Of a DNA stretch of 64,000 nt, positions 1-12,143 are shown piece by piece; position 1 is the stretch's first letter; every line of letters begins with the position of its first letter. This DNA comes from Fonticula alba ATCC 38817. Its lineage: Eukaryota > Protista > Nucleariida. The stretch is taken from NCBI GenBank assembly GCA_000388065.2, contig KB932201.1, one strand, 5' to 3'. The translations under genes and the position numbers were made by a program. The notes below the pieces were generated by a model that did no database searches, was not told the origin of the DNA, and saw only the letters and a list, made by a program, of their open reading frames with translations.

Positions 1-313
1 GCGAATCGGCCCGCCCCCGGGATCTCGGAGGAGGTCCGAGAGTTTGAGCGCCTCTTCGCCCGGATGCGTGAGGAACTGCCCTTCACAGTTTCCAGTGTGA
101 TTTGCTCTCTTTGGTGCGTGCCTCTGCTACTCGAGCCCCATCGCCCTGCAGATCGCTGTCTGCCAGCCCCTCACTCACACACGCCCCCCACCCACCTTCA
201 CCCATGGCAGCCAGTGTCCCTTCAAGGATGCTGTGTCCATCCTGACCTGTGGCCACCACTTCTGTCGGTCCGTCATCTCGAGAAGACCGAGAAAGAAGAA
301 GCACAACCAACCT

Positions 314-355
<42 letters not shown>

Positions 356-2929
356 AGCTGTCTCGGCGGTTTGCCGTGGACTACTTCAAGGATCTCGGCT
401 ACAACTCCCCCCCCCCCTCCCTGATGCAGTACATCTCCCGGTCCTTTGAGGACAAGTGCTCCTTCTATGACATCGACAACTGCCAGCCGATCTACATGAT
501 GGGCATCCGCCACGACTTCCCCCCCCCCCCCCCCTGCCGTCAGTCGTCCACACCCTACTAACATCGGTCCCCCGCTGCCTCCCATTCCAAACACCCCCAA
601 TATTGGCTCCCCGCAGCGAGTGTCTTCTGGAGGAAGGCCGCTGGCGACAAACCTGCCCCGAGTGCGCGGCACCCTATTACCAGCGCGAAGTCACCGCATC
701 CACCAGTGTTCAGGCATTCTTGGACATTCTCCCGGAAATCCTGGCTCTCCTGGGGATCGACCCCTCGCCGCTCACGGCCGAACACGATCCCGACGACGAC
801 CGGGAGTTCTCCCTCCCGGTCGCCGTGGACTACGCACACTTCGCCCCCTTCCGCGAGCACATCCCTCGAGAGCCTTCGCTCTCGCCACCAGCACAGCCGG
901 GCCCGGCCCTGCTTGCCTGTACATCGGAGGCCGACCCGCCGGTGGACGCCGAGATGGCCGACCTGCCGCCGGCTCCTCCCGGACGGCAGAAGCGCCGCGG
1001 TCGTGCCGCACCCGTCGAATCGCCCCCGGCCACCAGCCCCGAAGAGCATGCACCTGCCCAAAAGGCGTGCCAGGCATGTACACTTCTCAATCCCCCCCGG
1101 GCACGTCTCTGCCGCGCTTGTCGAACCCCCCTCGCACCTCGGGCCCCAATTGCGGAAATCCCGCCGGATGCATCCGCGAGCGGGCGCCCGGCAAAGCGCC
1201 CGCGCTTGGCCTCTCCCCTTTCAAGCATGGAGGCCTCCACCAACGAGCCCACCACCGAGGATGAGGCTGGCCCCTCGACACCCCGGACACGGGAGCCGCG
1301 CAATGCCTCCGCCCTCGGTCGACGGGCTGCCCGGTCGCAACGTCTGCCGTCAGACATTACCAATCAGCCGAGCACCCCCACCCTCCCGGTGCCGGAGTCC
1401 CTTCTCACATCCTCCTCCCTTTCCAGTCAGGAAGAAGGGGGACGGGGAAATGGAGCCGAGCCCCTGGTGGAACTCCCCCCCAGTCAGGAGACTTCCACTC
1501 TGTCCGCGGGTCTTCCTCGGCGCTCGGCCATCCAAGATGCGGTGGTCATCTTCTCGGGCTTCCGGCAGGATGAGCGAGCCATCCTGGAACACTCGCTGTA
1601 CAATGCTCGCGCCGGGCTGGCCGAGCGCATTCGCGTGCATGATGACTTTGAGGATGCCTTTGCCAGTGTTCGGAGACCGAGCGGCCCCGGCCAGACCCCT
1701 GGCCGGGGCCGCTCCGCCGGGCGTGCATCCCCCCGGCCGTCGGCTGTCCTAGCGGACGCCGCCGACACATTGGCTGTCACGCACTTGGTAGCCAAGTGCT
1801 CGACGGATATCATCTCCTCCCTGCTTCCGGCCATGTCGACAGCTGATGCCCTGTCCCGATCGGCCGAGCTCCGGACCTGCAAGCGCACGGGCAAATACCT
1901 CCAGGCTTTGGCCATCGGGGGAATATGGATTGTTGATGAATTCTGTGCGTGCCACATCGCTGTGCGCCCTCTGACCACCTGGCCGCCACTGACCTGTGGT
2001 GCTCCCTTTCCCCTGCCTTTCGTTGTGCCCTCCCCCCCCCCCCTCCTCCTCCCGTCCCCCGTTCAACCTTCCTCCCCTTCGTTTGACGCCCACATCGCAC
2101 AGGGTTCTCGGAGTCCTGCCGCCGCGGCCGGCTTTTGGCTGAGAGCCCCTTCGAGGTTCTTGGTGACCGAACCTGCGGAATCACTCGCGGGCCGGAGCTC
2201 GCCCGGACCGGGCGTACTTCCAATACCATGGGGCTCTTTCGCGGGACGACATTCGATATCAGCCTGCTTCCGGCGGGGCTGCGGCACCAGATGGCCTCGC
2301 TCCTGCCGCTGGCTGGCGGGATCATCACTCAGCGCGACTCGCCGGGACTGCTGCAGCAAACCGCCTCGCCCCTGCGCACGCCCTCGCCCGCTCGCTGGGG
2401 ACGTGCGGGGACCGCGGGTGCTTTGGCTGCTGCCACTGCTGCGGCCAGCCTTGCCCGGCGTGTGAGCCCTCGCCAGAGGGCTCGGGCCCGGCAGATGACA
2501 CCAGTTCCCCTGGAGCAGCTGGATCTCAGTCGGCCCCTGATGCTGGTTGACAGTCGCGAGTGTGACGCCCAGGTTGCGGAGACTCTGCTGGCAGCGGCCT
2601 CCGGACCGCGCGGTCCAGCTCAGCTCGTTGAAGCTCAGGACATCCTCCGCTGCATCTCCGAGTGTCGCCCTCTTCCGGCGGGGCCCTGCCCCCCGGGCGG
2701 CAGCAGTGAAACCAGCGACAGCGACACCGAGTCCGATGGCGAAGAGCGACAAACCGACGACGATGAGGCCGATGTCGACAAGGAGGCCAGCTTGCAGTCT
2801 GGCCCTGCTGGGGTGGATGCTGTTCCTCCGGCCGCCGAACCCGAGTTGCTAGAGCCGCCGGTCACGCCATGCAAGGCTGGAGGGGGGTCGCGCGGCCGTG
2901 GTCGCACCCGGCTGGCCGGGAAGATCTGA
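1..2929 (+). CDS. BRCA1/BARD1-like protein: C3HC4 RING + RanBP2/NZF zinc finger + tandem BRCT (probably 5'-partial)
   Basis: Exons are about <1-113, 211-267, 617-1944 and 2103-2929, with GT..AG introns (donors gtgcgt, gtccgt, gtgcgt). Splicing builds the RING CSLCQCPFKDAVSILTCGHHFCRECLLEEGRWRQTCPEC, the finger CQACTLLNPPRARLCRAC, BRCT1 (VIFSGF..VTHLV..KRTGKYLQALAIGGIWIVDEFWFSES), the linker FEVLGD..RGPELAR and BRCT2 (LFRGTTF). The frame is open back to base 1. Confidence 0.85.
315..355. repeat. Poly-C homopolymer (~41 nt), representative of many C/G runs in the window
   Basis: Directly visible. Similar runs flank most N-gaps and sit in introns on the sense strand. Confidence 0.95.
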
Positions 2930-4079
2930 ACTACCCCCCCCCCCCCCCTCTCCCCCTTCTGCGTGGACACCGGCTGGCTCCCTTCGCACCCAAAATGTCC
3001 TTGAGTAAAATTGAAATAGACAGGAGCCCTCCAAGGCGGCGGGTGAGCTTGGCGTCTCCTCCCGCCTGCGCGCCATCCACTTTGATTGCCACGATCATCA
3101 GCCAGGCCCCGGAGCGAGCTCGGCAGGGGAATGCCTCCGAGCAAGGAGATCACCCCCAGTTACAGGACCGCGGATATTCTGGCACATCAGAACGGCAGGT
3201 AGTTAAGTATTGATCGCGCCTGTATTCTGCGACTTCGTGTAGGTGAGAAGCTCGGCATACTATTCAGCACGGCCGGGGGCTGCACTTGTCCAGGGGTGCC
3301 CTGGGCATCTCCGGGGGGGCCATCAGCACCCTTCGCCCGGATGTGCCGGAGACAAGCGCACGATCCCACCGTCAGGCGAGGGGAGCGCCCTGCTTGAAAG
3401 CAGCAGACCCCGCACTTTGCCATCCGGTGAAGAACTGCCCGGCCCTCCCTTCCCCGTGTATTGTGTTTTGGTTGCATGCGATTGGGGGAACAACACGCGG
3501 AGGGGCACACACTGCGCAGGCAAGAGACACGACACAGCACTTCGAGGCGGCGGTCGCTCTTTCCCCTGGCCATAGTATGTTCCCTTTGCGCGACAGGGGG
3601 GGCAAAAGTTGAGCAGCCGCGACAGGGAGAGGCGACCGTCGCAGTCTCTGGGCTTTTGCGCAGGCGAGAGAGAGAGAGAGAGAGCGAGGAAGCCTGGCTT
3701 TTTTTTTGCCTCGGCCCGAAAAAGGCGATCGCCTTACGTCTCCCCCCCCCCCCGCAGGCAAGTGAGGAGACGCCTCTCAGCACGACGACGTGCATCTTTT
3801 ACATTGCGCGGGGGGAGCCGCTGCCCGCCACACAGGCACATACAGGCACACAGTTCCCCCCCCCTCCCTTGGCGCAGAGCAGAGCAGCAAAAGCAAGACA
3901 GGGGAGAAAGATGACAAAAAAATGAGAGCATTTTTGTCCTATCTAGGATTGGAGATGAAGTATATTTCACACATCGCAACACAGGCCCTCCATTCGGGGA
4001 TGGGAAAGAACACCCCCGGGCGGAGGAGACGGCACAGCGGGGCGGCGACAACACAGCAAGACAAAGAGTGCGCAGACAC

Positions 4080-5383
4080 TTAGGCAGTGTTGAGCTCCTT
4101 GGCCTTGGCGCGCTCGCGCTTGATGATGGCCTGCTGGGACTTGTAGCCCAGGACACCACCACCCCAGTGGCGGCGGGCCTGTGAACAGCATGCATATATG
4201 TCCGGGGGGGGAGGAGGAGAGAGGAAGGGGAGGGAGAGAGAAGGCACACGCGCGAGGAGGAACGGGGTTAGACAGATGAAAGGGGGCGAAGTGGCCGAGG
4301 GGGAGAGAAAAAGAGGGTCCCACGCGCGCGCGTGCGCGCAAGAGGGCGGGGCGGCACACGGAGGGAGAGAGGAGAGGGCGGGGAGCGCTGTGAACGGACC
4401 TCGTCGAAGCGGTCGTTGTACTTGGCCTTGGCGAGCTGGGTGAGGGTGGCGAGCTCCTGAGCGTCCTCGGGGCGGACGTCGGTGATGGCGAGGGCAGCGG
4501 CGTTCTTCATGTGAACGACAGTGCCGAGGCGAGCCTTGCCCTTGACGATGACGTAGGGGACGTCCATCTTGCGGCAGAGGGCCGGGAGCCAGCAGACGAG
4601 CTCAATGGGGTCGACGTCGTCGGCGATGACGACGAGCTTGGCCTTCTTAGCCTCGATGAGGGCGGTGACGTGGTTCAGACCGTACTTGACGTAGACGGGC
4701 TTGGGGGTAGCCTCGGGCTCCTTGCCGTCGGCCTTGGCCTGGGCAATAGCCTGGAGGCGGGCCTTCTTCTCAACAGAGGTCTCGGGGCGGTACTTGTTGA
4801 GGAGCTTGAACAGGGAGACGGCTACGTGTGTGTGTGTGCGTGTGTGCGTGTGTGTGTGCCCGGGCGGGAGGAGACGGGGAGGAAGGGGGACATTAGAAAA
4901 ACTGCCGACCGGCACACGGAGAGAGATGGAGAGAGAGAGAGGAGAATCGGATGTAGAATGCATCCGATGGGTGATGAATGGCAGAGACCCTCCCCCATGC
5001 GCCCGATGATGAGGCACAGGCACTCCAGCGTGCGAGATGGCAGACGAGGGGGGAGAAGCAGCAGGAAGGGGGCGTCTCGGGCGAGGGAAAGGGAGAGGGG
5101 CACAGGCAGGGGAGGAAGCCGAATACGCACCACCGTTCTTGTCGAGGGTCTTCTTGAACTGGTTCAGGGTGGGGGGGACCTTGAGGCGGGCCTTGAGGAC
5201 GGCGCGCTGGCGCTGAACGCGAATGTACTTGGGCCACTTGACGTAGCGAGTGAGATCGCGAGTGGGCTGGACAGTACCACCGATCGAGAAGTTCTTGGGG
5301 CGGGACTCGAAGGGGGTCTCAGCGCTGGAGGCGGTGGCGGGCATCTTGCCCTTGGTGGCAACCTTAGACTGAGAGGAGGACAT
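4080..5383 (-). CDS. RPL7A: 60S ribosomal protein L7a (eL8)
   Basis: Exons 5383-5131, 4821-4400 and 4178-4080. The translation contains [64 protein letters not shown] and [14 protein letters not shown]. Confidence 0.97.
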
Positions 5384-5911
5384 GGCCAGGGGGAGGGGGA
5401 GAGGAGGAGAGAGGAGGCGTCAGAGAGGGAGGAAGAAGAGGCGAGGGCAATCGGCCTGAAGTGGGCGCATATAAAAGGGGAGAGCCGCCACTGTGTCGGG
5501 CCGCCAACCGCTGCCCCCTCTCCCCTCCAGCCAGAGGACCGGAGGAGGGGCCGACTGAATGGACGCGCGCTGCGTGGGAGACACACACACACACACACAC
5601 GCGCCGCCACCGGCTCACGGGGGAGAAACCCAACGGCCCCCCATGCGAGGGAGCCCGCGCGCGGGGGAACCCACTCACCCGCGTTCGGGGGCGCGCACAA
5701 ACGCGCAAGAGGGGACACGAAAGCGCACGCGGCCCCATCGCATGCTCGACATCATCGAGGTGGGTGTGGCCCGGAGAGGCCACAGGATGGATGGGCGGGC
5801 GCGGGGAGGGCTGCACAGGCACGAGCGGCGAACCAGACACGTCGCGAGGGGCGCGGAATGGCGCGGCGAAAAAGAGGCATGCATAGTGGGCGGAGGGGGG
5901 GGGGAGCGAGA

Positions 5912-5958
<47 letters not shown>

Positions 5959-6994
5959 GGGGGGAGAGAAAGCGAACCATTATTGGTAAGCACTCAACGG
6001 CGTTGGAACGGCGAAAACAAATCCAATAATGCTTGAGAGGGAGCGGGCTGGGGTGCCTGGCCGGGGAGGAGAGGCACAAAAATAACCCTCCAGCCGGAGC
6101 ACAAGGATCCGGCGCGCAGGCTGCTGGGCACTCTCTCAGCCCCCCCCCCACTCTCTGCCCCCTCCCACCGCCACACGGGGGGCGCGCGCGGACGGGGGCG
6201 GGCCGGGGGCGCACGGTCACTCCCCCCCCCCTCACCTCCGCCGGGCGCGCCTGTGGTGGGGCGCGCCTCTCTCGGCCTCGGCCAAGTGCGTGGGTCGCGG
6301 TGAGTTGGCGCCGGAGAGGGGCACGGAATGGCAAGCGCACGGGCCGGATAGTCTGAACTTGACGTGTGGGGCCTGACGCGGGTGCCTCGGCCGAAGACCA
6401 GGCCAGCCAGGAAGGCCTTGCATCCCCCCCCCCCCAGACGGATGCGCCGCACTGGACGCCCCTACAACTACCCCCGCCACCCTCCTCCCTGCCCGCCTCG
6501 CCCCGCCCGTCGCGCCCCGTAGCCCCCCGCTCGGGTCGCCCAGCGACCCCCCCTCCAAGGGAAGATCCCGCGCTGGGGAGCGACCCCCCGCACGGTCGAA
6601 CGGGGGGGGCGCCCGCGTTGCGTGGCGAGGGGGGGATGGCGTGCGGGATGCGCTGGGGATCGCTGCGATCTCGGTCGGCCAAAGCGGAACTCGCCTCAAC
6701 AAGAGGTGACGGGAAGTGCCTCTGCCCTGGGCAGGGGGCGAGGCCCATGTGTGTGCGACGCCGCAGACCAGCAGAAGAGAAGAACATCGACACCAGGCAG
6801 CCCATCCGGCCCGACGGGGAGAGCACCCCACCTTGGCACGCACCACCCTACACCGATCCTCCTGTGTTCAGTGCTCGCGACGGAGCCGGCTGCCGAGTGG
6901 CCGCCCCCCCCCCTTCCCGAGGACGGACCAAAGCACCAAGAAGCAGTGACTCCTATCCTGGCCGGCTCCTGAAGACAACGCACGATGGGGGGGA

Positions 6995-7032
6995 GGGGGG
7001 TCAGAGAGCAAGCGGGGGGTCAGAGAGCAAGC
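6995..7032 (+). repeat. Two tandem copies of the 19-bp unit GGGGGGTCAGAGAGCAAGC
   Basis: Directly visible in the intergenic region between RPL7A and RPS27A. Confidence 0.85.
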
Positions 7033-8015
7033 ATGTGCATGTAGGACGTGCTCAGTTCCCCCCCCCCCCGCCCTGGAGACCCCGCGAACCTGGAGGCCCT
7101 TTACGTAAAATGAATAGAACATCCAAGCAGCGCCCCCGGGGCCATCCTTCAGGAACCATCGCTCAGGGTCGCCTGCCTCCAGAGCATGGGTGCGGTGCGC
7201 AACGCTCCTGGGTGAGAAAGAGGGAAAGGCCCCTCGTCGGCCCGAAACTCGAGCCTAAAAAGGAGTATTTATTAATACGTAATATCGAAAGGGGGAGCTT
7301 CAGCATCTCGCGAGACGTGATCTGGTCCCATCAGACTCCCGAGGGTTATTGCACCTTGATTCCTAACCCCAGGCCGTGACCCTCAGAATGGTCATGGCAA
7401 TCCTCGCCCCTACGTCTGAGGGGTGGTTACATGTATTTCCGCGGTCTGCGCGTGCGTGCGCCGCCACGCAGGCGTGGGCGGGTTTAATACCGGACATTCT
7501 GGGATATCCTCCCCCCCCCCCCCCCCGCCTGTGTCCTCTTCTTCACCACCGAGTTCGCCGCGCGGTGCAAGCCAGTCCCTGCCACGCGCGGCGCAATACA
7601 AAAACGCCCTAGGTACGGGCCCTTCGGTGCTTGTGCGCGACCGAGGGCAAACCTGAAACGGCACATTACGGGTCTCTCTCCTGTGAGGTAGAGGCAGAGG
7701 CAGGGGGGGGAGGGGGGACTGGTGTTCTTTCTCACACCAGACGAATGCCCTGCGACGGAGCACGACCCCGATGGCATGTTCCGGGGCCCACGCGCGTGGG
7801 CTCTTCCCCCCCCCCCCTCCCCCCCTGCCGGGAGGAGAGACACATGCGTGGGGGCGCGGACGGGGGGGTGCCGCCCGCGAGTGTCTTGCCATATTTTCGT
7901 CTTCTCGGGCGCTTCGGCTTCCGGCCCTCTCTCTCCCCCCCCCCCACCTCTGGCGGGCTTTGCTCTGGCCGACCCCGAGCGCAGAGCACCCCCCGAATGC
8001 AGCATGGCCCTCGAG

Positions 8016-8023
8016 TATATAAA
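8016..8023 (+). promoter_or_regulatory. TATA-like box (TATATAAA) upstream of ubiquitin-RPS27A
   Basis: TATATAAA sits in GC-rich context about 95 nt upstream of the predicted 5'UTR intron donor. Confidence 0.55.
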
Positions 8024-8100
8024 CCGGCGCCTGCTGGCCCTGAGCGCCAGCCCTTCCGGTCCCAGCCATCCATCCTATGACAGCTCTCCCAGATAGCTAA

Positions 8101-8937
<837 letters not shown>

Positions 8938-10069
8938 GTGCCCCCTCCTTCCCCCCCCGGTGGAGATACTTCCTTCCTTGAGCGAGAGAGGCGTGTGCCT
9001 TCACTCTCCTGCCTTGCGCACGTGCATTGAGTGGCTCTCCCTCTCTCCCCCCCACTGCCACACAATGCTCGAGTCCCTTTCCCTTGTCCTGCCCCCGTGC
9101 GCATCTCCCCCTCTTCCGCGCGCCCCCTCCCCCCTCCTTCGGGAGAGACGCAGAGGGAGTGAGCATGCGTGCGTGCCGGTTGCCGTCCAATAAATTGGCT
9201 CGTTGTGTGCAGGCGCACTGGCCTCCCTTTCCCCTTTCCAGGGGCCGGGGGGGACTGGGCCGCCTGCACGCGCGTGCGTTTGACAAACACGCCGCCCCCC
9301 CCCCCTCCCTTTGTGTGTCCTTTGTTTTTCGCCCCTTTCCTGCGGGGTGTTGTCCCCGGTCTCTCCCCCCGTTCTTGTGTGTTTCTCCTCGCCGCGTGTG
9401 TCTTCTTTTCTTTTCGGGGCTCCTGTGGTTGTGGCTCCTGGTGTGTGTGTCTCTCTCTCTCTCTCTCTCTACTCCCCCCTGTGTATGTGGGTTGCACATG
9501 AGACACGACACACCAGCCCCCATCTTGGGCGGCGACCCACGCGACCCTCCCAGGCGTTTGCGCATTTTCTCTTTCCCCCCTTTTGCCAGAGGCTCCTCCA
9601 ATCACATCCATCACCTGGCAAGGGCGCGCGTGTAGGCTGGGGGGGGGGGGGGGGGCGCGGGGAAGGCCTGTCGGGGAGTGATGAAGTCATCTATTTTGAA
9701 GTATGGCAGGATTTTTACAACCAGGCATGTGCGTATATGCATGCGTACATGTGCGCACATGCATGGCCGGGCGCAACACGCGGTGTTGTGTATGTGCCCC
9801 CCCACAAGGCGATACACGCACATATTGCACGGCTTTATAATTGCAAAGGGAGAAAGGGGGACAGAGAACATAGGGGAGGAGAGGGGATGGAAGACGGCAG
9901 CCGGGAGGGGGGGGGGGAGGGGGGTGCATCTTTCCCACTTGTCCACCCAAGGCTGACATGGTTTGCCTCTGCACCCGGCAAGACAGACACCCATGCATAC
10001 ACGCATGTGGACATTTTCTCGCGGGGCCGCCACGCACGGAGGTCTGCCCGTGAACTCTCGTCACTTTAC

Positions 10070-11531
10070 TCAGATCTGGGCCGAGCCCCAGCCGAAGGCA
10101 CGGCGGATGGACTCGAAGACGCCCTGGTTCCAGCAGGCACGCACGCGCTCCTGGTCCTCACGGCACACACCGACCAGCTTGACGGTCACCTTGGTCGGAG
10201 ACCCAGGGCGCTCGCCAGGCACCAGGGTGATCTTGGCGTCGGCCGCCTGCGAGGCAGGCCACGAGCTCAGACGCCACTTCTGAATGATGGTCCCCGGGCG
10301 GTCGAGGGAAACCATCTCCCCAGCAACGCTGCCATTCAGCAGGGTGAAGGGGGCGCCCTCCACCGGGGACAGAACCACACCGTTCTGGGCCCAGGGGCGC
10401 GCGCGCTCGGCCCGAGTGAACACATCGAAGATTTCCTCCGGCGGGGCCAGCAGATCAGCGGTCACCGTCACCGAGACAGTGTCCTTGGCGGCGGGCTTCT
10501 TGGCAGCAGCCGGGGCCGGGGCCGTCGAGGCCGCCGTGGCCGCAGCCGGAACCGGGGTGGGAGCAGCGGCCTTCGGCGCGGCCGGCAGGTCCCCCGAGGA
10601 GGTCGAGTGGGTCGGCAGCAGGACACTCCCGGTGAATTGGACCTTCAGGTCCTCCATGAAGGCACCGATCAGGAAGCCAACCACGGCACCGAGAACATCC
10701 CGGCGAACCAGCTGGCGCAGCTTGGTTGCGTGCGGCGAGCTGCCGGTCACGGTGATATTGAACTGAGCCGGAGGGACCAGGCCCAGGGGGAGGGGAGGCA
10801 CGACAAAGGGAGGGTGCGGAGCAGCGAGCATAGGCGGTCAGTCCGGTTGCTTGGTGGAAGGGGAGGGGCCGCACAGGATGGCCGGGCATTGGGCAGCGTT
10901 GTGAGGCACACGCACATCGGCATCGCTGGCAGTCTCCTCCTGATTGAAGTCCATGAGCTTCAGATTGCCGGAAACCGTAGTCTCAGGATCACTTGCCAGA
11001 GTGGCTGTGTCACAATGTCGGGGGTCAGCTTAATGGAGGACGAGAGGGCGCATGATCGGCGAGAGGGGAAGAGGGAGGAGGGAAATGCACGCACCCTTCC
11101 ACTGGAAGTTCAGGGTCAGGTCGAAGATCGTGCGAATGCGCCCCTTGCGGTTGATGAGCGACACATCGCCCTCGACCTTCTCCAGGGACTTGATCAGGAA
11201 AGTCCACTCGGGGTCCGAGCTCGGCACCTCGAGCTGGGTGAAGTGCTTGCCGAGATGCTCGCTCGCCCAGGGGTAGACATTAGTCTCGGACCTGGGAATA
11301 GACGTCTTGGGGTGTTAGGGGGGAGCGGGCCGCGCCAGACGGGGCGAAGGGGGAGTGTGTGTGTGTGTGTGTGTGTGGGGGGGGGGGGGGGGAGGGTGCA
11401 GGCGCAGGTTCTCATGTTGGGGGTGTGCTTCCATGTGTGGGCCCTACGCACCAGTGCCAGTTGTTGACATTCGTGCTGTCCGGACGCTCCTCGACGATCC
11501 AACGAGGGTCACCTTGGCCCCACTTGGCCAT
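10070..11531 (-). CDS. AHA1: Activator of Hsp90 ATPase 1 (Aha1; N-domain + START-like C-domain)
   Basis: The N-terminus reads MAKWGQGDPRWIVEERPDSTNVNNWHW, followed by VEGDVSLINRKGRIRTIFDLTLNFQW. The C-domain has EEIFDVFT..IIQKWRLSSWP..WNQGVFESIRRAFGWG. There are about 4 exons with gtgcgt donors. Confidence 0.93.
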
Positions 11532-11821
11532 TTTTGTTGATGCGTATGTGGGAGGGGGAGGGAGGCAGAAAGACAGAGGGGGAAGAGTGATGGGGGGGAA
11601 TGGGGAGCCCTGCGCGCCGCAGGGCCCCCCACCTGCGCGCCCTTTTAACTACCTGCCACCAGATGCGGCCACATGCGCCCGCGCGTGCCGGGTGGCGACG
11701 CCTCACCAGCGCCCAACAGGCAGCTCGAGGGGCAAGAGCTGCGGCCCCTCTCTCAAGCAAGGGTGTATTTGTGAGTTTGTCCATGTGCGCGAGAGAGAGT
11801 GTGTGTGCGTGTGAGGGGGGG

Positions 11822-12143
11822 NNNNNNNNNNNNNNNNNNNNNNNNNNNNNNNNNNNNNNNNNNNNNNNNNNNNNNNNNNNNNNNNNNNNNNNNNNNNNNN
11901 NNNNNNNNNNNNNNNNNNNNNNNNNNNNNNNNNNNNNNNNNNNNNNNNNNNNNNNNNNNNNNNNNNNNNNNNNNNNNNNNNNNNNNNNNNNNNNNNNNNN
12001 NNNNNNNNNNNNNNNNNNNNNNNNNNNNNNNNNNNNNNNNNNNNNNNNNNNNNNNNNNNNNNNNNNNNNNNNNNNNNNNNNNNNNNNNNNNNNNNNNNNN
12101 NNNNNNNNNNNNNNNNNNNNNNNNNNNNNNNNNNNNNNNNNNN
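11822..12143. other. Assembly gap (N-run), the largest of about 9
   Basis: Other N-runs lie at about 13185-13265, 23602-23700, 32634-32662, 34057-34125, 36539-36689, 51404-51475, 60898-60997 and 61847-61872. Most are flanked by G or C homopolymers. Confidence 0.95.

Noticed and set aside
64-561. The 165-aa ORF as a stand-alone gene
   Set aside because: It reads through two introns of the BRCA1-like gene, and its stop is part of the TACTAAC branch point.
3079-3102. Hammerhead ribozyme core (CTGATGA on the minus strand)
   Set aside because: There is no GAAA after a stem II, and the flanking stems do not form.
3100-3240. SRP RNA (GATCGCGCCTGT matches a stretch of 7SL)
   Set aside because: The helix 8 motif and the Alu domain were not found; a short chance match.
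4822-5130. Intronic C/D snoRNA in RPL7A (vertebrate RPL7A hosts some)
   Set aside because: The TGATGA boxes are on the antisense strand and no box D is suitably placed. Only an 8-bp hairpin (ATCGGATG/CATCCGAT) is present.
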